Part shown: positions 50,951-63,840 of the stretch, piece after piece
Layout of the letters: each line of letters opens with the position of its first letter
Numbering within the stretch: the stretch's first letter is position 1
Source of the DNA: Tubulanus polymorphus
Lineage: Eukaryota; Animalia; Nemertea
Direction of reading: 5' to 3'
Assembly: GCF_964204645.1 (NCBI RefSeq)
Contig: NC_134027.1
Span: 23,708,560-23,772,559, forward strand
Length of the DNA: 64,000 nucleotides
Program-made: the position numbers and the translations under genes
Notes under the pieces: generated by a model
Told to the model about the DNA's origin: nothing
Databases searched by the model: none
Seen by the model: only the letters and a program-made list of their open reading frames with translations

Positions 50951-53900
50951 ATGCATTTCCTCCAAGGTAAGTTCAACCATAGAACTCAAATCAATTGATT
51001 TGAGGTCTTTAGTTCAACCTTAGCAGTTTTCTCGTTGAAAAAGACCGGTGTTTGCATTGAATTAGACGTTTTGTTTTGGGCACTGAATGAAAGTTTGTCG
51101 GTGTGGTATACTTCGAAAGGTATACTTCTAATCTTTTACATTTTGTTGTTTCTTTTTCTTTTCCAATTAAAGATAGTTTTGCTCTACACACTGACATTAG
51201 AAATGATGTCGTCATAGAAATCTTTGACTGTTGAACTGCTAATCTTTTTCGTCTATGTGCTCGGAATATTTCTATTTTGTTTATTTCATTGTTTTCTTTT
51301 TCTTCTCCATTCATATTTGACCATCATTTAGGCCTATGTTATTATTCTTAGGTGACCTTTTGATATGCCAACAAAATTAGAATTAAGAAATTTAGCTTAT
51401 TTACAAATAACGTAATTTCTACATTTTAGGTTTTGCAGCCTCGTGCCTGGTCGTGCAGACGTTTTTTGCTTTTTCCACGTCAAATGTTGTTTTGCCTCGT
51501 AAGTTAAAATTTGTTAGTCACAGAACTCTGAAATGCATCATATGTACACAGAGTAATAAATGTAAATGTATTATATATTTATATGATAAGATCCAAATTG
51601 AAATATGGCACCGGGATGTTCGTTTGAAGGCAAAAATAACAGATGATAGTTATAATAGAAGTCACACTTAATTAGAAATTATTGTATTTTGTCAGTTAAA
51701 GTTTAAATTCTTTGTATCATATCATCTAGTTTTTGCTTAAGTGCGTTTTTCCAAAAACAAGGGAAAATGTTGAGTACATTTAATCAATGAACTGGAATAA
51801 CGAAAAAGATAAAATCACTTGACACTAGTGTACTTACGTATCTACGTGATCGCATCTGATGAAAGGTTTCAATCAGGTAGCCGATTTAATAATCATAACT
51901 TCTGTATTCTGTATTAGCCAAATTAGCCACCGATTGGATTTCTCTATCGAGAAGTTACCATGATAATGACGATGATCAAAGTATAGGCCTAGTCTAATTT
52001 GTCTATGATTCATCTTCTATTACGTAGGACAATTGACTAACGATTTTGAGACGGGTATCGGAATGTGGAACTCACAGGGAACATTACAATGGACGAGACG
52101 ATCAGATGGTACACCATCTTCAAGCACCGGTCCAAGTGCAGATCATACAACTGGAAGTGGTACGAACAGTTTCTAACTTATACAACATCGTCCATTACAC
52201 CCCTCAATTCTACATGTGAGAATATGAAGTTAACGAGATTGTTAAGTGGAAAATAGGTGTCCATACAATTGGTACTGTGACGAGCAGAGATTGATATTTA
52301 CTCTCATTTTAGGAAAGTACTATATCTACTTGGAAGCTACTGGAGCAAGTACAGGTGATCAAGCCGAGTTGGCAGCAAATACCCAATCAGCGTCTGACTC
52401 CTGCGTCATGAACTTTTATTATCACATGCATGGTTCATCGATGGGAAAATTAGAAGTTAAACTCGACGGAAACGTTGTATTTGATAAATCCGGTGATCAG
52501 GGAAACCAGTGGAAACATGGATCAGTTAATATTCCAAAAGGAAACGCCGCAGTACGTACTCAGTACACAGCTTAGAGTTGTTTTTATCCTCCACCAACAA
52601 TCTGAGAAATTGTGTCTGTTTTTATTTCAGATCAAGATTGTCGCTACCCGGGGAAATGATTTTACGTCTGACATAGCTATTGATGACATCATCTTTAATA
52701 CGGGATGCTCATCGACCATTGCACCAGGTTTGTTAGTTTGAAATCATGACACAAGTATTCCTGAGTTCGCACCGCGATCACACGAGCATTTTTGGCCCGG
52801 GCCAAATTTGGCCCGAGCCAAATTTGGCCCGGAACAACTGTTCACACGTTTGCCAAATGGGCCCGAGCCTGTTTGGCCCGGGCCAAATTTGGCCCGACCA
52901 AAAACGTCGGACCAGGCCCGAGCCAAAGTTTAGCACCAGACAAATGATTGTGTTTGAATTGCAACTGGCACCGGAAATGATCCACTTCGCTTTGTTTGAG
53001 TATTGTTTAATACCGAGTGAATGGTTTGCGTGTGAACACCAAATTTGGCCCGTGCCCTATCCGTGCCATTTGGCCCAGGCCAATTCGTCGCCGTCTGATC
53101 GCGGCTAATAAGATAGTTAAAATAGCCGTTAGAATCTAATCACGTTTAGAAACAGAAACTTTTATCTAGCGGATCCTATGATAATAAAGATTATATTATC
53201 GGAGTAGGCCTAGTCCAATTTGTCTATGATTCATCTTCTATTACGTAGGACAATTGACTAACGATTTTGAGACGGGTATCGGAATGTGGAACTCGCAAGG
53301 AACATTACAATGGACGAGACGATCAGGTGGTACACCATCTTCAAACACCGGTCCAAGTGCAGATCATACAACTGGAAGTGGTACGAACAGTTTCTAATTT
53401 ATACAACATCGTCCATTACACCCCTCAATTCTACATGTGAGAATATGAAGTTAACGAGATTGTTAAGTGGAAAATAGGTGTCCATACAATTGATACTGTG
53501 ACGAGCAGAGATTGATATTTACTCTCATTTTAGGAAAGTACTATATCTACTTGGAAGCTACTGGAGCAAGTACAGGTGATCAAGCCGAGTTGGCAGCAAA
53601 TACCCAATCAGCGTCTGACTCCTGCGTCATGAACTTTTATTATCACATGCATGGTTCATCGATGGGAAAATTAGAAGTTAAACTCGACGGAAACGTTGTA
53701 TTTGATAAATCCGGTGATCAGGGAAACCAGTGGAAACATGGATCAGTTAATATTCCAAAAGGAAACGCCGCAGTACGTACTCAGTACACAGCTTAGAGTT
53801 GTTTTTATCCTCCACCAACAATCTGAGAAATTGTGTCTGTTTTTATTTCAGATCAAGATTGTCGCTACCCGGGGAAATGATTTTACGTCTGACATAGCTA

Positions 53901-56900
53901 TTGATGACATCATCTTTAATACGGGATGCTCATCGACCATTGCACCAGGTTTGTTAGTTTGAAATCATGACACAAGTATTCCTGAGTTCGCAATTAGATA
54001 GTTAAAATAGCCGTTAGAATCTAATCACGTTTAGAAACAGAAACTTTTATCTTGCGGATCCTATGATAATAAAGATTAAATTATCGGAGTAGGCCTAGTC
54101 CAATTTGTCTATGATTCATCTTCTATTACGTAGGACAATTGACTAACGATTTTGAGATGGGTATCGGAATGTGGAACTCGCAAGGAACATTACAATGGAC
54201 GAGACGATCAGGTGGTACACCATCTTCAAACACCGGTCCAAGTGCAGATCATACAACTGGAAGTGGTACGAACAGTTTCTAATTTATACAACATCGTCCA
54301 TTACACCCCTCAATTCTACATGTGAGAATATGAAGTTAACGAGATTGTTAAGTGGAAAATAGGTGTCCATGCAATTGGTACTGTGACGAGCAGAGATCGA
54401 TATTTGCTCTCATTTTAGGAAAGTACTATATCTACTTGGAAGCTACTGGAGCAAGTACAGGTGATCAAGCCGAGTTGGTGGCAAATACCCAATCAGCGTC
54501 TGACTCCTGCGTCATGAACTTTTATTATCACATGCATGGTTCATCGATGGGAAAATTAGAAGTTAAACTCGACGGAAACGTTGTATTTGATAAATCTGGT
54601 GATCAGGGAAACCAGTGGAAACATGGATCAGTTAATATTCCAAAAGGAAACGCCGCAGTACGTACTCAGTACACAGCTTAGAGTTGTTTTTATCCTCCAC
54701 CAACAATCTGAGAAATTGTGTCTGTTTTTATTTCAGATCAAGATTGTCGCTACCCGGGGAAATGATTTTACGTCTGACATAGCTATTGATGACATCATCT
54801 TTAATACGGGATGCTCATCGACCATTGTGGCACCAGGTTTGTTAGTTTGAAATCATGACACAAGTATTCCTGAGTTCGCACCGCGATCACACGAGCATTT
54901 TTGGCCCGGGCCAAATTTGGCCCGGAACAACTGTTCACACGTTTGCCAAATGGGCCCGAGCCTGTTTGGCCCGGGCCAAATTTGGCCCGACCAAAAACGT
55001 CGGACCAGGCCCGAGCCAAATTTTAGCACCAGACAAATGATTGTGTTTGAATTGCAACTGGCACCGGAAATGATCCACTTCCTTTTGTTTGAGTATTGTT
55101 TAATACCGAGTGAATGGTTTGCGTGTGAACACCAAATCTGGCCCGTGCCCTATCCATGCCAATTTGGCCCAGGCCAAATCGTCGCCGTCTGATCGCGGCT
55201 AATAAGATAGTTAAAATAGCCGTTAGAATCTAATCACGTTTAGAAACAGAAACTTTTATCTAGCGGATCCTATGATAATAAAGATTATATTATCGGAGTA
55301 GGCCTAGTACAATTTGTCTATGATTCATCTTCTATTACGTAGGACAATTGACTAACTATTTTGAGACGGGTATCGGAATGTGGAACTCGCAGGGAACATT
55401 ACAATGGACGAGACGATCAGGTGGTACACCATCTTCAAGCACCGGTCCAAGTGCAGATCATACAACTGGAAGTGGTACGAACAGTTTCTAACTTATACAA
55501 CATCGTCCATTACACCCCTCAATTCTACATGTGAGAATATGAAGTTAACGAGATTGTTAAGTGGAAAATAGGTGTCCATACAATTGATACTGTGACGAGC
55601 AGAGATTGATATTTACTCTCATTTTAGGAAAGTACTATATCTACTTGGAAGCTACTGGAGCAAGTACAGGTGATCAAGCCGAGTTGGCAGCAAATACCCA
55701 ATCAGCGTCTGACTCCTGCGTCATGAACTTTTATTATCACATGCATGGTTCATCGATGGGAAAATTAGAAGTTAAACTCGACGGAAACGTTGTATTTGAT
55801 AAATCCGGTGATCAGGGAAACCAGTGGAAACATGGATCAGTTAATATTCCAAAAGGAAACGCCGCAGTACGTACTCAGTACACAGCTTAGAGTTGTTTTT
55901 ATCCTCCACCAACAATCTGAGAAAATGTGTCTGTTTTTATTTCAGATCAAGATTGTCGCTACCCGGGGAAATGATTTTACGTCTGACATAGCTATTGATG
56001 ACATCATCTTTAATAAGGGATGCTCATCGACCATTGCACCAGGTTTGTTAGTTTGAAATCATGACACAAGTATTCCTGAGTTCGCAATTAGATAGTTAAA
56101 ATAGCCGTTAGAATCTAATCACGTTTAGAAACAGAAACTTTTATCTAGCGGATCCTATGATAATAAAGATTATATTATCGGAGTAGGCCTAGTCCAATTT
56201 GTCTATGATTCATCTTCTATTACGTAGGACAATTGACTAACGATTTTGAGACGGGTATCGGAATGTGGAACTCGCAAGGAACATTACAATGGACGAGACG
56301 ATCAGGTGGTACACCATCTTCAAACACCGGTCCAAGTGCAGATCATACAACTGGAAGTGGTACGAACAGTTTCTAATTTATACAACATCGTCCATTACAC
56401 CCCTCAATTCTACATGTGAGAATATGAAGTTAACGAGATTGTTAAGTGGAAAATAGGTGTCCATACAATTGGTACTGTGACGAGCAGAGATTGATATTTG
56501 CTCTCATTTTAGGAAAGTACTATATCTACTTGGAAGCTACTGGAGCAAGTACAGGTGATCAAGCCGAGTTGGTGGCAAATACCCAATCAGCGTCTGACTC
56601 CTGCGTCATGAACTTTTATTATCACATGCATGGTTCATCGATGGGAAAATTAGAAGTTAAACTCGACGGAAACGTTGTATTTGATAAATCTGGTGATCAG
56701 GGAAACCAGTGGAAACATGGATCAGTTAATATTCCAAAAGGAAACGCCGCAGTACGTACTCAGTACACAGCTTAGAGTTGTTTTTATCCTCCACCAACAA
56801 TCTGAGAAATTGTGTCTGTTTTTATTTCAGATCAAGATTGTCGCTACCCGGGGAAATGATTTTACGTCTGACATAGCTATTGATGACATCATCTTTAATA

Positions 56901-59900
56901 CGGGATGCTCATCGACCATTGTGGCACCAGGTTTGTTAGTTTGAAATCATGACACAAGTATTCCTGAGTTCGCACCGCGATCACACGAGCATTTTTGGCC
57001 CGGGCCAAATTTGGCCCGGAACAACTGTTCACACGTTTGCCAAATGGGCCCGAGCCTGTTTGGCCCGGGCCAAATTTGGCCCGACCAAAAACGTCGGACC
57101 AGGCCCGAGCCAAATTTTAGCACCAGACAAATGATTGTGTTTGAATTGCAACTGGCACCGGAAATGATCCACTTCCTTTTGTTTGAGTATTGTTTAATAC
57201 CGAGTGAATGGTTTGCGTGTGAACACCAAATCTGGCCCGTGCCCTATCCATGCCAATTTGGCCCAGGCCAAATCGTCGCCGTCTGATCGCGGCTAATAAG
57301 ATAGTTAAAATAGCCGTTAGAATCTAATCACGTTTAGAAACAGAAACTTTTATCTAGCGGATCCTATGATAATAAAGATTATATTATCGGAGTAGGCCTA
57401 GTACAATTTGTCTATGATTCATCTTCTATTACGTAGGACAATTGACTAACTATTTTGAGACGGGTATCGGAATGTGGAACTCGCAGGGAACATTACAATG
57501 GACGAGACGATCAGGTGGTACACCATCTTCAAGCACCGGTCCAAGTGCAGATCATACAACTGGAAGTGGTACGAACAGTTTCTAACTTATACAACATCGT
57601 CCATTACACCCCTCAATTCTACATGTGAGAATATGAAGTTAACGAGATTGTTAAGTGGAAAATAGGTGTCCATACAATTGATACTGTGACGAGCAGAGAT
57701 TGATATTTACTCTCATTTTAGGAAAGTACTATATCTACTTGGAAGCTACTGGAGCAAGTACAGGTGATCAAGCCGAGTTGGCAGCAAATACCCAATCAGC
57801 GTCTGACTCCTGCGTCATGAACTTTTATTATCACATGCATGGTTCATCGATGGGAAAATTAGAAGTTAAACTCGACGGAAACGTTGTATTTGATAAATCC
57901 GGTGATCAGGGAAACCAGTGGAAACATGGATCAGTTAATATTCCAAAAGGAAACGCCACAGTACGTACTCAGTACACAGCTTAGAGTTGTTTTTATCCTC
58001 CACCAACAATCTGAGAAAATGTGTCTGTTTTTATTTCAGATCAAGATTGTCGCTACCCGGGGAAATGATTTTACGTCTGACATAGCTATTGATGACATCA
58101 TCTTTAATAAGGGATGCTCATCGACCATTGCACCAGGTTTGTTAGTTTGAAATCATGACACAAGTATTCCTGAGTTCGCAATTAGATAGTTAAAATAGCC
58201 GTTAGAATCTAATCACGTTTAGAAACAGAAACTTTTATCTTGCGGATCCTATGATAATAAAGATTATATTATCGGAGTAGGCCTAGTCCAATTTGTCTAT
58301 GATTCATCTTCTATTACGTAGGACAATTGACTAACGATTTTGAGACGGGTATCGGAATGTGGAACTCGCAAGGAACATTACAATGGACGAGACGATCAGG
58401 TGGTACACCATCTTCAAACACCGGTCCAAGTGCAGATCATACAACTGGAAGTGGTACGAACAGTTTCTAATTTATACAACATCGTCCATTACACCCCTCA
58501 ATTCTACATGTGAGAATATGAAGTTAACGAGATTGTTAAGTGGAAAATAGGTGTCCATACAATTGGTACTGTGACGAGCAGAGATTGATATTTGCTCTCA
58601 TTTTAGGAAAGTACTATATCTACTTGGAAGCTACTGGAGCAAGTACAGGTGATCAAGCCGAGTTGGTGGCAAATACCCAATCAGCGTCTGACTCCTGCGT
58701 CATGAACTTTTATTATCACATGCATGGTTCATCGATGGGAAAATTAGAAGTTAAACTCGACGGAAACGTTGTATTTGATAAATCTGGTGATCAGGGAAAC
58801 CAGTGGAAACATGGATCAGTTAATATTCCAAAAGGAAACGCCGCAGTACGTACTCAGTACACAGCTTAGAGTTGTTTTTATCCTCCACCAACAATCTGAG
58901 AAATTGTGTCTGTTTTTATTTCAGATCAAGATTGTCGCTACCCGGGGAAATGATTTTACGTCTGACATAGCTATTGATGACATCATCTTTAATACGGGAT
59001 GCTCATCGACCATTGTGGCACCAGGTTTGTTAGTTTGAAATCATGACACAAGTATTCCTGAGTTCGCACCGCGATCACACGAGCATTTTTGGCCCGGGCC
59101 AAATTTGGCCCGGAACAACTGTTCACACGTTTGCCAAATGGGCCCGAGCCTGTTTGGCCCGGGCCAAATTTGGCCCGACCAAAAACGTCGGACCAGGCCC
59201 GAGCCAAATTTTAGCACCAGACAAATGATTGTGTTTGAATTGCAACTGGCACCGGAAATGATCCACTTCCTTTTGTTTGAGTATTGTTTAATACCGAGTG
59301 AATGGTTTGCGTGTGAACACCAAATCTGGCCCGTGCCCTATCCATGCCAATTTGGCCCAGGCCAAATCGTCGCCGTCTGATCGCGGCTAATAAGATAGTT
59401 AAAATAGCCGTTAGAATCTAATCACGTTTAGAAACAGAAACTTTTATCTAGCGGATCCTATGATAATAAAGATTATATTATCGGAGTAGGCCTAGTACAA
59501 TTTGTCTATGATTCATCTTCTATTACGTAGGACAATTGACTAACTATTTTGAGACGGGTATCGGAATGTGGAACTCGCAGGGAACATTACAATGGACGAG
59601 ACGATCAGGTGGTACACCATCTTCAAGCACCGGTCCAAGTGCAGATCATACAACTGGAAGTGGTACGAACAGTTTCTAACTTATACAACATCGTCCATTA
59701 CACCCCTCAATTCTACATGTGAGAATATGAAGTTAACGAGATTGTTAAGTGGAAAATAGGTGTCCATACAATTGATACTGTGACGAGCAGAGATTGATAT
59801 TTACTCTCATTTTAGGAAAGTACTATATCTACTTGGAAGCTACTGGAGCAAGTACAGGTGATCAAGCCGAGTTGGCAGCAAATACCCAATCAGCGTCTGA

Positions 59901-61111
59901 CTCCTGCGTCATGAACTTTTATTATCACATGCATGGTTCATCGATGGGAAAATTAGAAGTTAAACTCGACGGAAACGTTGTATTTGATAAATCCGGTGAT
60001 CAGGGAAACCAGTGGAAACATGGATCAGTTAATATTCCAAAAGGAAACGCCACAGTACGTACTCAGTACACAGCTTAGAGTTGTTTTTATCCTCCACCAA
60101 CAATCTGAGAAAATGTGTCTGTTTTTATTTCAGATCAAGATTGTCGCTACCCGGGGAAATGATTTTACGTCTGACATAGCTATTGATGACATCATCTTTA
60201 ATAAGGGATGCTCATCGACCATTGCACCAGGTTTGTTAGTTTGAAATCATGACACAAGTATTCCTGAGTTCGCAATTAGATAGTTAAAATAGCCGTTAGA
60301 ATCTAATCACGTTTAGAAACAGAAACTTTTATCTTGCGGATCCTATGATAATAAAGATTATATTATCGGAGTAGGCCTAGTACAATTTGTCTATGATTCA
60401 TCTTCTATTACGTAGGACAATTGACTAACGATTTTGAGACGGGTATCGGAATGTGGAACTCGCAAGGAACATTACAATGGACGAGACGATCAGGTGGTAC
60501 ACCATCTTCAAGCACCGGTCCAAGTGCAGATCATACAACTGGAAGTGGTACGAACAGTTTCTAATTTATACAACATCGTCCATTATACCCCTCAATTCTA
60601 CATGTGAAAATATGAAGTTAACGAGATTGTTAAGTGGAAAATAGGTGTCCATACAATTGGTACTGTGACGAGCAGAGATTGATATTTACTCTCATTTTAG
60701 GAAAGTACTATATCTACTTGGAAGCTACTGGAGCAAGTACAGGTGATCAAGCCGAATTGGCAGCAAATACCCAATCAGCGTCTGACTCCTGCGTCATGAA
60801 CTTTTATTATCACATGTATGGTTCATCGATGGGAAAATTAGAAGTTAAAATCAACACAATCGTTGTATTTCATAATACTGGTGATCAGGGAAACCAGTGG
60901 AAACAGGGAAGAGTTCCAATTGCAAAAGGAAACACCACAGTACGTACTCAGCACACAGCTTAAAAATCTATTCAAATAAATATTTTACTTGTGAACCCTG
61001 GAAATGAATTCTGTCTGTTTTGTTTTTCAGATCCAGTTTGTCGCTACCCGGGGTACGAATTATAAGTCTGATATAGCCATCGATGACATCACTTTTTCAT
61101 CTAATTGCTAG
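50951..61111 (+). CDS. Secreted protein with nine tandem MAM domains (~1429 aa, 29 exons)
   Basis: Signal-peptide exons 50951-50966 and 51430-51498 (MHFLQGFAASCLVVQTFFAFSTS). Nine three-exon cassettes with exon A (132 nt) starting at 52028, 53249, 54134, 55343, 56228, 57437, 58322, 59531 and 60416; exon B (239 nt) at A+285; exon C (97 or 100 nt) at A+603; final exon 61031-61111. MAM motifs DFE, W, TPSSSTGPSADHTTGSG.Y.YLE, C.NFYYHM.G...G.L.V, GDQGNQW and DIAIDDI. AATAAA at 61164. No stops or frameshifts seen. Confidence 0.9.
51960..60850 (+). repeat. Intragenic tandem array, 2094-bp higher-order repeat (1209 + 885 bp)
   Basis: Exon-A spacings are 1221, 885, 1209, 885, 1209, 885, 1209, 885; introns are about as identical as exons. 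Confidence 0.97.
52772..53106. mobile_element. MITE (CCGCGATCACACG / TGATCGCGG) in MAM linker intron; copies at 54881-55200, 56975-57294 and 59069-59388
   Basis: Inverted termini and internal GGCCAAATTTGGCC palindromes; absent from the alternate introns; relatives at ~3930-4042 and ~4955-5120. Confidence 0.85.
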
Positions 61112-62729
61112 CGCTATATCTCTACATGTCGATGCATAAGATATGCATTCAGTGCCCATGATAAATAAAATATCATATGATAATATGCGTGTTGTTCTAT
61201 TGTTCAATCACTCAGTTACATCGATTTGGTCTTAACATCTAACCCCGGACGAACTCGGTCTTTTCGTCCTAAATCAAAATCACGGCGCTGTGTGACGACT
61301 GAGAAGACGACTGTAACATGAATTATAGCCACATTCAATGTAGCTTATATTCGTGAATATTTGCCTGAACGGACAAATCTCTCGTTAATTTAAGAAAAGG
61401 AACGGATAACGCCACAAGAATAGAGGAACTGCGGAGCCAGGTGGTTTTTGTAGCGAGACAACGCAATGAGTGATTCTCAAGACGGACGCCAGTATAGTTT
61501 GTTAATCTCCATTTTTTACTTTGTTTGACAAATCACAACTATGTTAAACAAAAAACAAGTTCACGTTCTTTGCTCAGAGCTGTGGTACTGTTAATTTCAC
61601 ACAACAAGTGATTTGGAGGCATCCAGCGACTAGCAACTAGACGGGCAGCAGAATCGAAAAAGTAGCTTTTTTAACGAGTTTAATGCATCCGCGAGACAAC
61701 CAAAATGTTTATCGCTTATATGATAGTTTATTTCTTGCCAATCATTTTTAGCAACAATGCAACCTTGATTTGTGGTATCAGTCACCATGGAAACTGCATC
61801 TGAACCTAGCCATTGTTGGAATAACTATTATCAATACAATTACATCTAATGCGTTTGTTTGCCATATTTGACGAAGGAAAATGGCAAAAATATCGATTCC
61901 AAATTATATTGTCCCGCTCTTTTCAATGGAGGTAAAATAATTCAGCTGAAAAATATAGTTTTTGGGTATTCTTTGCAAAATTTGCTATTTTCCTTCGTCA
62001 TATATGGTTTTCTGTGACGTCATAGTAACTGGTTGCTCAATATCATTTCAGTGACCGACAGTATCAATTTAAACGTTATTGTTTCTTTTTCTGAAGGCGA
62101 TGAGATTTATAAACTGTACGGTTATGCCTGCCTTGTGGACAACGCTTGTGGAGAACACACATAGTTTCACCAACCTTTGATTCATTTTCTTTGGAGCAGT
62201 TCAAGACTCAGGAAATGTTCCAGAGATGTGGTCTAAAGGCGTCATCAAACCCAATTTCAAAAGGAATGGCGATCCCACAAACTCTGATTAATAAAAGAGG
62301 TGTTACCTTAGTTAGCTGTCGATCAGAACATATCGCTAAGTCCAATCAAGTCATTAGTTTTGATCCAAAGATTACGTGCATGAATGTCTTAACCAATGTT
62401 TAAGTTTAATTGACGAGTGAAAAAATTCATCAATTTTTAAAGAGAAGTTAGTTTGACGAATTGACGTATGGGTTTTTAGACACTATGGGGTCCTGGGGCC
62501 TTTAACAATATAAAATGTTACCTATTATGGCATATTACTATGGTGGCTGATTCGGACCATACTAAAAGAATTTTCTGTACGGCTAAAGGAACGATAAAAA
62601 TATTTTCACATTTGCCAATTTTTGGTTTTCACGCGCGAGAAAACTAAGCGTTACCGAAAATGTGAATGTATGCGATACAAAACTATCAAGTACACATTTT
62701 ACAATTGATTTTCCATTTTTCCATTTCCA

Positions 62730-63240
62730 TTTTAAGCTTCATGTGGATGAACATTGAGATCGCACTGAACAAACTTTAATTACGGGAATCACGCTGTTTT
62801 TTGGTAAAGTTGCAGCTGGACTCCGCGACAATCAATGTTCGCTGTTTGTTACGTCAATGGACATTGAGGGATTTGAGAGTCAGGGATATTTTGAACCAAA
62901 TTATGATCATTTGACCCAGAGTCGATCACGTCTCATTAGATTCATACGGATAATGAAGATCGAACTGAACAAACTTTAATTACGGGAATCAAGCTGTTTT
63001 TGAAAGTTGCATAGATGCAGGAAGTCCGCGAGTAGATCAAGACATATAGTTTGTAAAGTACACGTCAATGGTCAAATATACCTGAGAGATATTTTGAATT
63101 AGATTATGATCATCAGTACCCTGAGTGGATCACATCTCATTAAATTCGCGTGGAATATCGAGGTTGTGCTGAACAAACTTTAATTACGGTACGCTGTTTT
63201 TAGAAGTAAAGGTGCAGCTGGACTCCGCGACCAGATCAAG
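62730..63240 (+). repeat. ~200-bp degenerate tandem repeat x3
   Basis: GAACAAACTTTAATTACGG at ~62768, ~62968 and ~63172 with shared flanks. Confidence 0.85.
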
Positions 63241-63544
63241 AACTCAACATCGGTTGTATAAATATCAATTAAACTTTATCTAATGAGCTGAAACCGCACG
63301 AGGGCTGTCACCAAATATAACCATATCAGTAACACTTTACAGTTTGCCACTTGATCGAGACAAAACTGCATTAGAAGTTAGTGTGCGAACATCGAAAAGG
63401 TAGGCTACACTTTCAATATTCTATGACCGGTTCGATCGTTCTCATCTTTACTAAGAACTTGTTATCTTCGTCGCTTTTAGCATCCCGAACTTCAACATCA
63501 TCTTTGTTTTGTTTTCATATTTTTCTAGTTTTGATTCGAGCATC

Positions 63545-63840
63545 ATGTTGAATGAAAAACTATTTTGCGCTTTGGTAATCTTATTTGTCGTAAGCAGCGC
63601 TTCCGGATCCGTCGTTCGAGGTCAAATCGTAAATGCCGATGAGATTCGTGTCTAAAAATCATTGATCATACCTAGAATTAGTTATCTTATTTCTAAACGC
63701 AGAAGGCGGCGATGATCTGAACGTTTTGGACCGGATCTTGAAGGTTAACGGTGAAATCGATGAGCGATTAGTGAAAAGAGACGCAATCGAGGAAAATGAA
63801 AATGAAAACGCAGACGATGTCATTAACAGAATCAATATAG
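63545..63840 (+). CDS. 5' part of a secreted prepro-protein (possibly astacin-type metalloprotease); exons 63545-63620 and 63703-63840, continues off the window
   Basis: MLNEKLFCALVILFVVSSASG signal peptide; phase-1 intron; acidic segment EGGDDLNVLDRILKVNGEIDERLVKRDAIEENENENADDVINRINI with RLVKR dibasic site; TATAAA at ~63256. Confidence 0.65.

Noticed and set aside
51918-51980. Extra coding exon before the first MAM cassette
   Set aside because: Open in frame, but its 3' part is homologous to the linker-intron sequence of the other units and it would leave a 47-nt intron with a weak donor.
52065-60963. Reading the repeated short ORFs as nine separate tandem genes or an operon
   Set aside because: Consistent GT-AG borders and phases join them into one ORF with a single signal peptide, stop and poly(A) signal. 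The MELARNITM... ORFs are the wrong frame of exon A, and the GPGQIW ORFs are MITE sequence.
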